Notes under the pieces: model-generated
Seen by the model: only the letters and a program-made list of their open reading frames with translations
Databases searched by the model: none
What the model was told of the DNA's origin: nothing
Translations under genes and position numbers: made by a program
DNA from: a virus
Lineage: Duplodnaviria > Caudoviricetes
Direction: 5' to 3' (one strand)
Length of the DNA: 64,000 nt
IMG/VR virus record: IMGVR_UViG_3300037424_000434
Coordinates: 171,766 to 235,765 of that record
In this document: piece by piece, positions 1 through 10,028 of the stretch
Layout: the number at the start of each line of letters is the position of its first letter
Numbering within the stretch: the first letter of the stretch is position 1

Positions 1-165
1 ATTGCCTGTAACCGTTGATTTACTGTCAGGTAAGAAGTATAGACTAATTATCACAATGTATGATGATGGTTCTTATCCATCATATTGGGTTAAATCTGCG
101 GAGATAGGGGTTTGATGTATTACTGTGATAATTGATAAATAATATAGAAGGACAATGGAGTAATT

Positions 166-1689
166 ATGGCTAGAAGACATTATTGGCAGTTTCTTGTTAC
201 AGATGAAGGTAATCCTATAGAGAATGCCGATATTACTATAACCAGTGCAGGCACAGACACCCCGGTTTTCGTGTATACCTCGGAATCCGGTGGTGCTGGT
301 ACTGCCACAGCCCCCCAAGTAACGACCAGTAGAAAGGGATATTTTGAGTTTTGGGTGGGAGATACTACCGAAGGCATTGGGTATCCGTATACCACAAAAT
401 TCAAAATAGCGTGGTATTCTGCCGGTGTTAGTGCTGGATATATAGATTATGTTGATGTGTTTTCCACTTCTGTAGCAGAAGTTGATTTGGCCAGTGTAGA
501 TACTGGTAGAAATAAAGCGGTCTCGAATTTCTTGGCTAAGGGCTGGGAAGATCATTCGAATTCGGTGCTTTATACAAACGGGGTTACTACAATTCATGGC
601 ATGTTGGCGATGAATTTAAGTGATAACACTAACATCGATTACAACAGACTTATAAGCAATGAGTATGCATATAAATGGGATACTCACGCCGATGCTGTTA
701 TGGCGGATTCCCCTCATGGGATAAGTGGTGTTGATGAAACCATTACGGAGGCAACAAAAAACAAAACAGTAAGCAATACCCTCGCATATGGGTGGGAACA
801 ACACCGAACAAACACGGCCCTTGACGAACATGCCCAATATTCTCTTGTTGACGGGACACGAAAATATACTGCTGGGGTTGGATACGCCAATGGGTCGATA
901 GTTTCAGGTGTTGGTGTTGATGATTTCGTTACCAAAGCGTATGTAACAGCCATATCCAACCCGTTTGACCAAGATTTGAATACAACGGATTTTGTGACAT
1001 TTGCTGGAGTTACTGTTGCAGGAACTATTCTGGGTAACGGTAGTCTACTGACAAATATAACATTTGACCAATTATTTGATGCCAATATAGTCACACCCTC
1101 AGACGGAGATATCTTAGAATATCAATCCGGGTATTGGGTGAACACACAACCAACACTAAGTTCACTGACAGATACAACAATATCAGCTCCCGCTGACTAT
1201 CAAGTTCTTAGTTATTCAAGTGGCTCATGGGTGAATGGATCAAAGATTAATCAAAATCTAATGACAACCAACTCCCCCGTATTTGCGAACTTGACTATTA
1301 CTAATACACTTACAGCATCAGTATTTAGTGCTTCGACCAGTATAGGCACCGTGAATTTGGTGGTATCCGGTGATATTACCGCACCAACATTGCCGTTGAA
1401 ATATAAAACACTGGAAATCGGGGATTGGAATATGGATGTAACAGCTAATGTGTCGGTTTTACATGGATTAACTCTTGCTAACATTAGAACTGTGGAGGGT
1501 GTTATAAGGAATGATACCGCTGTCGGAACATATGTCATTGGAGGGAGCGATACAACAAACCACTCTTGGGTTGCTGTGATGGATGGGACTAGTGTGTACT
1601 TGACGAGACTGGCCGGTGGTGGTTTCGATAATGGTGACTTTGATTCTGTTGGATACAATCGTGGTTGGATTACTATTGGATACGTATAA
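166..1689 (+). CDS. Virion structural / tail-fibre-like protein
   Basis: 507 aa, rich in T/S/G/V, with DEHAQYSLVDGTRKYT and short wrap-like repeats typical of phage tail proteins. Confidence 0.6.
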   Translation: MARRHYWQFLVTDEGNPIENADITITSAGTDTPVFVYTSESGGAGTATAPQVTTSRKGYFEFWVGDTTEGIGYPYTTKFKIAWYSAGVSAGYIDYVDVFSTSVAEVDLASVDTGRNKAVSNFLAKGWEDHSNSVLYTNGVTTIHGMLAMNLSDNTNIDYNRLISNEYAYKWDTHADAVMADSPHGISGVDETITEATKNKTVSNTLAYGWEQHRTNTALDEHAQYSLVDGTRKYTAGVGYANGSIVSGVGVDDFVTKAYVTAISNPFDQDLNTTDFVTFAGVTVAGTILGNGSLLTNITFDQLFDANIVTPSDGDILEYQSGYWVNTQPTLSSLTDTTISAPADYQVLSYSSGSWVNGSKINQNLMTTNSPVFANLTITNTLTASVFSASTSIGTVNLVVSGDITAPTLPLKYKTLEIGDWNMDVTANVSVLHGLTLANIRTVEGVIRNDTAVGTYVIGGSDTTNHSWVAVMDGTSVYLTRLAGGGFDNGDFDSVGYNRGWITIGYV

Positions 1690-1710
1690 TAATTATATTG
1701 GAGTTCGTAA

Positions 1711-2082
1711 ATGAGACTGTATAGGTATTTGGCATTATCAAGCACGGATGAAGGGGTAAGCACCTTTCGTGCCTTGAAATTGGATTTGGTTGAGGAAGAA
1801 ACTGGCAACACTGCTTTGGTCAAAAGAATGAGCGAAGACTTTGCATTAGATGACACCGCTATACAGTTATTAGAGAGAGCCAATGCAGAGCTAAAAAAGA
1901 TGTATAGAGGTAAGTTGAAGTTTGATTTCTGCACAGAAAACCAAGGGTTTACTCCCGATGAAGTTAGGATTGAAATAAAAAAAGTTCGTCAGTTGAAAGA
2001 AAAGTGGTTCAAATTTAATGATGAGCTTTCGAGTATTCAAATAGATTTTGAGGACAAGCTCAAACAAGGTTTACAAAAGTAA
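1711..2082 (+). CDS. Hypothetical protein
   Basis: 123 aa ORF with GGAG RBS, in operon. Confidence 0.6.
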   Translation: MRLYRYLALSSTDEGVSTFRALKLDLVEEETGNTALVKRMSEDFALDDTAIQLLERANAELKKMYRGKLKFDFCTENQGFTPDEVRIEIKKVRQLKEKWFKFNDELSSIQIDFEDKLKQGLQK

Positions 2083-2136
2083 GTTTTAATGATACTATAT
2101 ATCTCAGATAATACTATATTTGTACGGAGAAGGTAT

Positions 2137-2721
2137 ATGGGGTCAACAGAAAACAATGAATTGGATATAGAAGAGATTGATATAGAAGAGATTGATATAG
2201 AAGAGATTGATATAGAAGAGATTGATATAGAAGAGATTGATATAGAAGAGATTGATATAGAAGACGAAGTGGTTATGGACGAGAAGGCGCTGTATTACGT
2301 GAGGAACAAAGATCTCATCCCCGAAATGGAAAAGCTGGCCGCTAAAGGTGTTATGTCTGAAGAACTTGGAAGAATGCTATTATTAATAGCAAAAAATCTT
2401 TCCAATAAAGGGAATTTTATAAATTATACATGGAAAGAAGACATGGTACAAGAAGCCGCGTTGACTTGTTGTAAATATTTAAAAAACTTTGATCTTAAAA
2501 AATCAAATAACCCCTTTTCATACATAACAACAATATGTACTCATGCTTTTGTTAATTATATCAATAAACAGAGAAAGCACTCAGATATCAAAGATACATG
2601 TTTCAATGGAAAAGACCACATGTCAGACAGCGAATTTGGATTTACAGTAAAAGCTATAGATTACACTTCAATGGCACCTGTCACTGAAAAGAAAAAGAAA
2701 AAGAAGAAAACTGATAGTTAA
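2137..2721 (+). CDS. gp55: T4 gp55-like late-transcription sigma factor
   Basis: YYVRNKDL...IAKNLSNKGNFINYTWKEDMVQEA..TCCKYLKNFD..KSNNPFSYITTICTHAF matches the gp55 family. RBS GGAG favours ATG 2137 over 2089. Confidence 0.85.
   Translation: MGSTENNELDIEEIDIEEIDIEEIDIEEIDIEEIDIEEIDIEDEVVMDEKALYYVRNKDLIPEMEKLAAKGVMSEELGRMLLLIAKNLSNKGNFINYTWKEDMVQEAALTCCKYLKNFDLKKSNNPFSYITTICTHAFVNYINKQRKHSDIKDTCFNGKDHMSDSEFGFTVKAIDYTSMAPVTEKKKKKKKTDS
2164..2265 (+). repeat. Perfect 15-bp tandem repeat (GATATAGAAGAGATT x6 plus partial) encoding DIEEI
   Basis: Read directly in sequence. Confidence 0.98.
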
Positions 2722-2736
2722 ATTGGAGGACGATTA

Positions 2737-5133
2737 ATGGCTGTAAATAGAATATTTGGTGCAATAGCACAATCAGGTGGTACTGTCGGTGCCCTTGATA
2801 GTATTAATAGTTCATCAATATCAACTAATGATATGGCAATAGTAAAGGATAACACCTTAAATGCCATTCATTACTATGTCTACAGTGGTTCATCCACAAC
2901 AACAGCATCACTGCCAAAGGTGATAGCACCCGTTGACGTGGGTGTTGGGTCCGGTAGATGGTTGTTGGTGTCGGAAAGTTATTTCACTGAAAATCTGACG
3001 GTTGATACGGGTAAATATATACTGTCTAATGATCTATATGGATTTGATGCTGCTTTGAAACTGGGATATACTCCCGGTAACGTGGCGTTGACTATATCAG
3101 ATACTACAATAGCGGCAAGTCTTCCAATAACAACCACTAGTTCTATAACATCAACGTTGCCCACAGGAACAGCTCCGATCACAACGTCAAGTACAACTCT
3201 GTGTACTGGGTTAAATGCAGAATTTTTTAATGGTATAACATCAACAAATGTGAGTTTGTTGAATGATAACACCAACAAGTACAGCGTTATTCCACGGGTG
3301 ACAGATAGTGTGTTAATAGTTCCTATTGCGGATGCAGACTTTACGACAAAAGTATATGTCGATGATCTGGTTTCGGGTGCATTTGATGGAACAATTTATA
3401 GTTTATTGGATGGTACCAGACCCTACACAGGGGTACCGATCCTCGATGTTGCGCTGGACGCTGTAGCATCTATAACAGATTCTCGTCATTTGTCTACAAA
3501 GGGTTATGTTGACTCTGTTGTCATAACTAGCCATAGTGGATTGACTAATTTATCAGCGGATGATCATGCTCATTATATTTTGGTTGATGGTACCAGACCC
3601 TACACAGGGGTACCGATCCTCGATGTAGCATTAAACGAAATAACCTCTATTACCGATGTTAGACATCTCGCCTCAAAGGGATATGTCGATGATCTAGTGT
3701 CAGGTGTTTCTACTGTTGCTCACTCTTCATTGACAGGATTGTCTAGTGATGATCACACTCAATATTCCCTTGTCAACGGGACAAGACCCTATCTGGGAGT
3801 CGTTGGTGGGGTAGATCCAATATTTGACAGTAACTTCGTCACCAAATCATATTCCGATTTCTACACAAATAGAGTATTATTATCATCCACAGATGCATTT
3901 TATGACTTTCTTCAGGATAAGATAGAAACAAATCCCGCTGTAGGGGTAACCACTATCTATGATGGCACCAACACTGGCGTTATTGTAGAGAAAACAAGCG
4001 AATTAGCTGGTACGGTGGCAGATGTTACTGTAGCCAATGGCGGAACCACAGCATTGTTTTTTGTGCGAGATAGCAAAGACGTTGGGTATCCAAACACCTT
4101 TCTTGATGTGACCAATGGTGGTATATTTGATAATCTTGGGGTGTCAGGAACAGATCTAACAGAAACTCAATTATACCCTGTTTCTGATACCAACCCCGGC
4201 GCTGGGGATGCGGAGGTGCGTATCAGAAATGTCATCGGTGATGTCGAGTATATGGAAATTGTTGATGGCGGTGCCGGTCTTATTGCCGCAGATGATTGGT
4301 ATTCGTTCACTCTGGTGGGGGATTATACAACAATTTCAACATGGGAAGCGCAGGTGGTGTCTGGTACAATTGTTGCGGTCAGAAGAAATACCACAGGATT
4401 CAATGCCGGTGTTGGTGTTGGATACACATATGCCCTAGATGTTACGTATATAGAGGGTATATCAGGGATATTTGTGTTGAGACCTTATATCGTGGGGACT
4501 ATTGCTGGGTTTACTGTGCCAACATATGGAGATGGATACACTTCTGCTTCCTATAATCTGACAGAGGCGACAAAAGCATCTTATACCATAACAGGGTATG
4601 GAACAGCGGGATCTTTGGGTGATTTAGACGTAACGTTTATCAATCCCGTATCAGAGAAATTAAAATATTCACATTTTAAGTCAACAACAACTCCTGTTGA
4701 TTTGTATATAAGCGGATACACTGTCACGGCTGGGGCCAATATTTCGGGTATCTCATTTGATAGTTGGGGTCATATTGTTGAGATAACAGAGGCATCAGCA
4801 CAACCGGCGTGGGAACTCAAAACAGGAACGGATTTTGAGATAGAATACAGCAAGAGCTATTTTGTTGACCCAAGTGCTGCGGCAAGGATTATCACCCTTC
4901 CCTATACCGTAGTTAGAGCACCTGTGATAGGTGATTTCTTTATTATAGACAATCATACCAAAGATGCATCGTTGTATAATTTAACGATACAAGCACATGC
5001 CGGTGATGGTGGTTCACTTAATTTGTTGGTGGAGGGTGTTGCGTCACAGGATGTTGTGATTGACGTTGATGGGGCCAGAGTTATTATGACATACGTGGAT
5101 GGTACATATGGTTGGAGATATAAAGTAATATAA
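2737..5133 (+). CDS. Tail fibre / baseplate-associated structural protein
   Basis: 798 aa with repeated HxxLxxLxxDDHxxYxLxDGTRPYTG and TKxYVD motifs. Confidence 0.65.
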   Translation: MAVNRIFGAIAQSGGTVGALDSINSSSISTNDMAIVKDNTLNAIHYYVYSGSSTTTASLPKVIAPVDVGVGSGRWLLVSESYFTENLTVDTGKYILSNDLYGFDAALKLGYTPGNVALTISDTTIAASLPITTTSSITSTLPTGTAPITTSSTTLCTGLNAEFFNGITSTNVSLLNDNTNKYSVIPRVTDSVLIVPIADADFTTKVYVDDLVSGAFDGTIYSLLDGTRPYTGVPILDVALDAVASITDSRHLSTKGYVDSVVITSHSGLTNLSADDHAHYILVDGTRPYTGVPILDVALNEITSITDVRHLASKGYVDDLVSGVSTVAHSSLTGLSSDDHTQYSLVNGTRPYLGVVGGVDPIFDSNFVTKSYSDFYTNRVLLSSTDAFYDFLQDKIETNPAVGVTTIYDGTNTGVIVEKTSELAGTVADVTVANGGTTALFFVRDSKDVGYPNTFLDVTNGGIFDNLGVSGTDLTETQLYPVSDTNPGAGDAEVRIRNVIGDVEYMEIVDGGAGLIAADDWYSFTLVGDYTTISTWEAQVVSGTIVAVRRNTTGFNAGVGVGYTYALDVTYIEGISGIFVLRPYIVGTIAGFTVPTYGDGYTSASYNLTEATKASYTITGYGTAGSLGDLDVTFINPVSEKLKYSHFKSTTTPVDLYISGYTVTAGANISGISFDSWGHIVEITEASAQPAWELKTGTDFEIEYSKSYFVDPSAAARIITLPYTVVRAPVIGDFFIIDNHTKDASLYNLTIQAHAGDGGSLNLLVEGVASQDVVIDVDGARVIMTYVDGTYGWRYKVI
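3409..3626 (+). repeat. Exact 41-bp direct repeat (3409-3449 and 3586-3626) inside the tail gene
   Basis: GATGGTACCAGACCCTACACAGGGGTACCGATCCTCGATGT occurs twice. Confidence 0.95.
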
Positions 5134-5145
5134 GGGAGAACAATA

Positions 5146-6639
5146 ATGGCTAATATTTCGGACAACGGTGATCTAACACTAAATTCAAGAGATTTATCAG
5201 CAGGTATTATAGGTGCCCATCCAACATTCATTGATAATTTGGATGGTACCTTTGATATTGGTGCATGTGAGGTTTTGTTGTATGATAACAGCACTCATAA
5301 TGGATATTTGAGGAAATACAGTATTAGTGCTGTTGCTGGGGCGGGCACAACTATCGATGCCACCAACTATTTAGTGGTTGATTATAACGCAGGGTCTCCT
5401 CAGTACCAGATCACAACTAATGTGAGTTTGATAAACGAATCCGATGTCATTCCAGTGGTGACACTGTATAATGATACTAATCTTGATTTGCATCCAATAG
5501 AATGGGACGCTCTTGGTCAAGGGCTTAGTAACAAATTACACACTCGCATTGTCAAGACAGCTCGTTTTGGATGGGAATCTGGACTAGCTTTGGGGGAGTC
5601 TGCCACGAGGATTGTTACAATATCTACCGGGGTTATGTGGGTGGGTGCAGTAAAAAGCACAGTATCAGCGTTTGATTCATCTACCGGGATTTGGATATTC
5701 TGGTATAAACTTGCGGGGGTTTGGACAAAAAACGAAACAACAACCCAGTACAATAACACTCAATATCAGGGTGCAACGGATTTGGTTGCTTTAACAACTA
5801 ATAACTATGGGGTCAATTGGGTATTCGTTGATGTTGATGGGGACGCGGGGTATGTATTGGGAGACGACTCGTATGCAACGTTAAGTGAGGCTAATGCGGC
5901 ACAACCACCGGGAGATCTGCCTCCTGAGTTTTTGCCTAACGGGTTCTTGGTGGGGAAGATAGTAGTATTGAAGAATGCTACCGTTGCGACCCAGATAGAT
6001 AGTGCATTTACACATACATTTGTGGGCACCAGATCGACAAGCCACAATAACATGAGTGGGCTTCAGGGTGGTATAGTGGATGAATATTATCACATGACCA
6101 ACACTAACCACACCAACTTGGTGGGTGATTTGTGGACTGATATTCCTTTTTCGCTGACCTCAGCCAACACACCCGGAGCAGACGCTACATATACAGCGAT
6201 TGGTGGGGGGAATTATGGATATTGTTGGCGTCTCCCCGCTTCGGGTGATCCAACATTAACATTTGAAGTACAGTTGCCACACACATATAAGGCGGGTTCT
6301 GATTTAAAGCCACATTTCCATTGGTTCGTCGATGCCGTAGCGACGGATCAATTTGTCATGATATTGAGATATACCATATGGAATGTTGGTGTTGCGCCTG
6401 TGTCAGGAACTTTGACAGCAACCGTGCCTTTTACATCAGTGGCTTATCAAGAAGTCATTACAGGGTTCGGGACGATATCCGGTACAGGGATAGTCGAAAG
6501 TACCATAATCTCATGTGAGGTTGCACGGCTGGCCACGTCAGACGCAAATGACACATACGCGGATATCATATACTTGTTAAGCTCTGATTTCCACATTCAA
6601 CTGGATAAGAGAGGTAGTACCACGGAAATTCCGGTATAA
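5146..6639 (+). CDS. Virion structural protein
   Basis: 497 aa, beta-rich composition, HNNMSGLQGG motif, last gene of the structural block. Confidence 0.55.
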   Translation: MANISDNGDLTLNSRDLSAGIIGAHPTFIDNLDGTFDIGACEVLLYDNSTHNGYLRKYSISAVAGAGTTIDATNYLVVDYNAGSPQYQITTNVSLINESDVIPVVTLYNDTNLDLHPIEWDALGQGLSNKLHTRIVKTARFGWESGLALGESATRIVTISTGVMWVGAVKSTVSAFDSSTGIWIFWYKLAGVWTKNETTTQYNNTQYQGATDLVALTTNNYGVNWVFVDVDGDAGYVLGDDSYATLSEANAAQPPGDLPPEFLPNGFLVGKIVVLKNATVATQIDSAFTHTFVGTRSTSHNNMSGLQGGIVDEYYHMTNTNHTNLVGDLWTDIPFSLTSANTPGADATYTAIGGGNYGYCWRLPASGDPTLTFEVQLPHTYKAGSDLKPHFHWFVDAVATDQFVMILRYTIWNVGVAPVSGTLTATVPFTSVAYQEVITGFGTISGTGIVESTIISCEVARLATSDANDTYADIIYLLSSDFHIQLDKRGSTTEIPV

Positions 6640-6641
6640 CG

Positions 6642-6670
6642 TTTACATATCACTTGGTATGGTGTATACT
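6642..6670 (+). promoter_or_regulatory. sigma70-type promoter upstream of gp47
   Basis: TTTACA-N17-TATACT. Confidence 0.8.
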
Positions 6671-6702
6671 CCCTTGTATTAACGTATATAGGGAGTATTT
6701 TC

Positions 6703-7731
6703 TTGAAAAGAATATTAGTAACAGACACCCATTTGGGGTGTAAAAAAGCAAGTGACTTTTATCTAGAATTGGTCTTTGGTTTATTCGAGGATATAGGAGT
6801 TTATGCTCAGGACAAGGGGATAAAAGAACTTGTCCATCTTGGTGATTTCTTCGACAACCGCAAAAGCATGTCTCTCAAAACACTATTTTATGCCAATCAA
6901 ATTGGACTGAACCTAAAGCGATTCGATAAATCCTATTTTATTCTAGGTAACCATGATCTTTTTTACAAAGATCGATATCTGCCAAACTCTTCCCAGTTAT
7001 TCGAGCATATGAATCATATTGATGTCATATATGAGCCAACAAAAATTGGTAATTGTGTGCTTGTTCCATGGGTTGTTGAGGGGGAAGAGGGTGGGAGTTT
7101 TGGGGACTTCCTACAGGCAACAGATGCTAGGTTTTGTCTTGGTCATTGGGAAATCAATGGAGCCAAAATGAATGTCGCCGGAACGGTAGCAGAGAACAGT
7201 CAATGGAACTTCGGTGATTTTCGGAAGTTTGAAAAAACTATTTCTGGGCACTTCCACACAAAAGGGGTATATAATCACAATGTTGAGTATATAGGATCTC
7301 CTTTTCACATGGATTTCAATGACAGTGGTCCTAGGGGCTGGTATGTATTTGATGATGAAACAGGGGATCTTGAGTTTGTAGAATGGAGAAAATCCCCCAA
7401 GTATATTAAATGGACCGCTTTGCCTGACAATATTGTAAGTGGTGAATTTACGGGACATGTGGTGAAGGTTATCTTTGCAGAGGATTTTGGCACAACAGCC
7501 AACAATCAGATTATCGCGGATGTACAAAGCACTAATCCCCATCAAATATTTGTCGAATATGCGTTTAGTCAGGGAATGACAACGGGCACCCGAGAAGAGG
7601 AGACTGTTGTGTTGATGGACGCCAAGGATGTACATCAACATTTTATCGATAAAAGTGATGTTCCAACTCATTTAAACAAAAAGGTAATGGCGAAAATAGT
7701 CGAACAAATGTACGGAGAGCTAGGCGGTTGA
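6703..7731 (+). CDS. gp47: gp47-like recombination nuclease (Mre11/SbcD family)
   Basis: DTHLG, HLGDFFD, GNHD, GHWE and SGHFH metallophosphoesterase motifs. Precedes gp46. Confidence 0.9.
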   Translation: MKRILVTDTHLGCKKASDFYLELVFGLFEDIGVYAQDKGIKELVHLGDFFDNRKSMSLKTLFYANQIGLNLKRFDKSYFILGNHDLFYKDRYLPNSSQLFEHMNHIDVIYEPTKIGNCVLVPWVVEGEEGGSFGDFLQATDARFCLGHWEINGAKMNVAGTVAENSQWNFGDFRKFEKTISGHFHTKGVYNHNVEYIGSPFHMDFNDSGPRGWYVFDDETGDLEFVEWRKSPKYIKWTALPDNIVSGEFTGHVVKVIFAEDFGTTANNQIIADVQSTNPHQIFVEYAFSQGMTTGTREEETVVLMDAKDVHQHFIDKSDVPTHLNKKVMAKIVEQMYGELGG

Positions 7732-7734
7732 CAT

Positions 7735-8322
7735 ATGATAGACTATATATGTTCTATAAATTCTTACGATAATGGCTTGCTCCGAGAGGAGATAGCCCCT
7801 CCAGTAACCCAAACCCTAGGGGTGAAACCAGAAGGTGACCGCGTAAGGGTTGCCATACATCGGAGGACCGAACCATCATACTATAATAATATGGAGGTTC
7901 AGGGCGCACCATTTGTCGAACAAGTGGTTTTTGAGTTGGTGAGGTTTTGTACTCAGAGCTGGATAGAAGATTATGTCGAAAATGGGGTATCTAAGGGGAG
8001 ATATCACATAATATACACCTATTCCCTTGTGCCCGAGGGCACAAGGATCGAAGATAGTGCAATGCCTAACCATAGATATGATAGGTATGGATATTCAAAT
8101 ACCAATCCTTTCGGGAAAATAGACGAGGGGGAGTTGAGATATCGACTTGGTGTTATTGAGAGCACCCTCCAAGAGATGAACAAAAAACCTATACTTGATC
8201 GACAAGAATTTGAGCAGATAAAGACCCGATTTAGAGGTTTGGAACAAACAGAAATAGATATACCAAAAAGATTGAGGGAATTTGATTTTTTTGAAAATGA
8301 TATTAACTTTAACGTGGAGTAG
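7735..8322 (+). CDS. Hypothetical protein
   Basis: 195 aa ORF in operon. Confidence 0.6.
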   Translation: MIDYICSINSYDNGLLREEIAPPVTQTLGVKPEGDRVRVAIHRRTEPSYYNNMEVQGAPFVEQVVFELVRFCTQSWIEDYVENGVSKGRYHIIYTYSLVPEGTRIEDSAMPNHRYDRYGYSNTNPFGKIDEGELRYRLGVIESTLQEMNKKPILDRQEFEQIKTRFRGLEQTEIDIPKRLREFDFFENDINFNVE

Positions 8323-8324
8323 AT

Positions 8325-8678
8325 ATGATACAAGCAGATATGATAATAGAATGTGATGTGTGTGGAAGCACAGAAGGTGTTCAGTGTGAGATTATGATGA
8401 AAGGGTCCAGAGTTGATCGAGTATATCATCTTTGCCCCGAACACTGGGTTGAGGTGTATAGAGAATGTATTGAAAGTTTTCTGGACCACAACCCATATAA
8501 AGTGAACTCTTTTATAAAAAATGCCGCCGACAGCTTAATTATCAAACAAAGACATTTGGATAAATTGGGAGACATTACAACGGATGACGGTGTTGTTGAT
8601 CTGAATATATTTGCTCCACGTACAGTTAGAATTTTGCGTACATTTGACGTAGATGCGGGGGATGAAACGAATGAGTAA
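8325..8678 (+). CDS. Hypothetical protein (CxxC/CxxH)
   Basis: 117 aa ORF in operon. Confidence 0.6.
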   Translation: MIQADMIIECDVCGSTEGVQCEIMMKGSRVDRVYHLCPEHWVEVYRECIESFLDHNPYKVNSFIKNAADSLIIKQRHLDKLGDITTDDGVVDLNIFAPRTVRILRTFDVDAGDETNE

Positions 8679-8895
8679 AATACAGGTTGATAAAATTGAA
8701 CTGAAAAACTTTTTTTCCTATGGAAATGCGTGGCAGACCATTGATCTACATGAAGGGGTAAACATTGTTTTGGGGCATGATGTTGACAAGGAACGGTCCA
8801 ACGGCGCGGGGAAGTGTGTTAGGGGTAACACCGAAGTCTGTATTGAATTCGATGACCCTGAAACCGAAAGATTGTTCTTAGAGTCTATTGAATAA
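8671..8895 (+). CDS. gp46: gp46 (Rad50/SbcC ATPase) N-fragment fused to split-intein N part (Cys at 8815)
   Basis: IELKNFFSYGN...GHDVDKERSNGAGK is Walker A up to Lys, then CVRGNTEV (intein block A-like) and a stop after 26 aa. Confidence 0.9.
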   Translation: MSKIQVDKIELKNFFSYGNAWQTIDLHEGVNIVLGHDVDKERSNGAGKCVRGNTEVCIEFDDPETERLFLESIE

Positions 8896-8932
8896 TTATA
8901 ATTATTTTGTTTACCTGAACCATTGTAGTCTG

Positions 8933-8940
8933 TATAAATA
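8933..8940 (+). promoter_or_regulatory. T4-type late promoter in front of the endonuclease gene
   Basis: TATAAATA inside a CCATTGTA/TACAATGG hairpin. Confidence 0.75.
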
Positions 8941-8951
8941 CTTGTAATACA

Positions 8952-10028
8952 ATGGAAGAGGTAAGTATTATGACAAAACGATTAAGTCCGTTTTCACAGG
9001 AATTTTGGATTCAGAAGGGTATGTCACCGGAGGAAGCCGACTATAAGAGAAACAGTTTCAGACCAATACGAAAAGAGTATTGGTTGGAAAAGGGTTATTC
9101 TTACGAAGATGCTGAGAAAAAGGCTATTCAAACGAAAATTGATAATAACAAAAAAGGGGCACTATCTTCTTCACAAAGAGATTCGGTGGAATTGAGAAAA
9201 TCCAGTCCAAGGTGTGTTGAGTATTGGATGGAAAGGGGCTACTCTCACGAAGATGCTAAGACCGAGGTTTCTAATCAACAGTCAACCTTCTCATTAGACA
9301 AATGTGTAGAGAAGCATGGCGAAGAAGACGGTAAAATTATATGGCAAAAAAGACAGGATAAATGGCAAGATACTCTCAATACAAAGTCGGATAAAGAACT
9401 TGAAAGTATAAACGAAAGAAAGGGTAATTGCGTAAACTTTGCATATCTAATGAATAAGTTTGATGGCGATAAAGATAAGGTCAGATTATTTGTGGAAAGT
9501 AGAGGAATAAAATTATTTAATACAGTAGATGAACTAAAAGATTATGTGAAAGAATGTATTAATGACAATCCTGAGAGAAGATATCTATCACGGGATAGGT
9601 TCTGTATAAAACATAATATATCAAGACTTCAATGTGATTATTTGGGCATAAAACCCAAAGATGTGTTGAAAGGTGTGTTGAAGAAAGGGTCATATAAAGT
9701 TAGAGGGAAATATAACCAGACACATATGAGAACAGAAGACGGTTTGTTGAGAAGTTTACAGGAGATGTATTTCTATGATATACTGAAAGAAAATGATATA
9801 AAGTTTGAGATGGATGAGAACTACCCCAATTCATCTTTTAGATATGACTTTTATCTGATAGACTTTGATGTATATATTGAGATATGCCCGTTATATGGAC
9901 AGGTCGGACAGGAATTATACACAGAAAGGATGGATAAAAAGCAAGAACTGTTCAGTTTCGTGAAATTATCCAAATCCAAGGAATTTGAGGTTTATATAAG
10001 GAGGTTATTAGATGAAAACAACTGTTAA
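8952..10028 (+). mobile_element. Free-standing putative homing endonuclease between split-intein halves
   Basis: N-terminal EFW/EYW..KG(M/Y)S.E.A repeats and C-terminal RSLQE...FRYDFYL..FDVYIEI (PD-(D/E)XK or Vsr-like). Probable start ATG 8970. Confidence 0.7.

Noticed and set aside
3409-3626. Diversity-generating retroelement template/variable repeat pair
   Set aside because: The copies are identical with no adenine-specific mismatches, both lie in one ORF, and no reverse transcriptase is in the window.
8896-10011. Group I intron as the explanation for the gp46 interruption
   Set aside because: The interval is filled by one ORF, with no P7 or P4-P6 elements and no non-coding room for a ribozyme.
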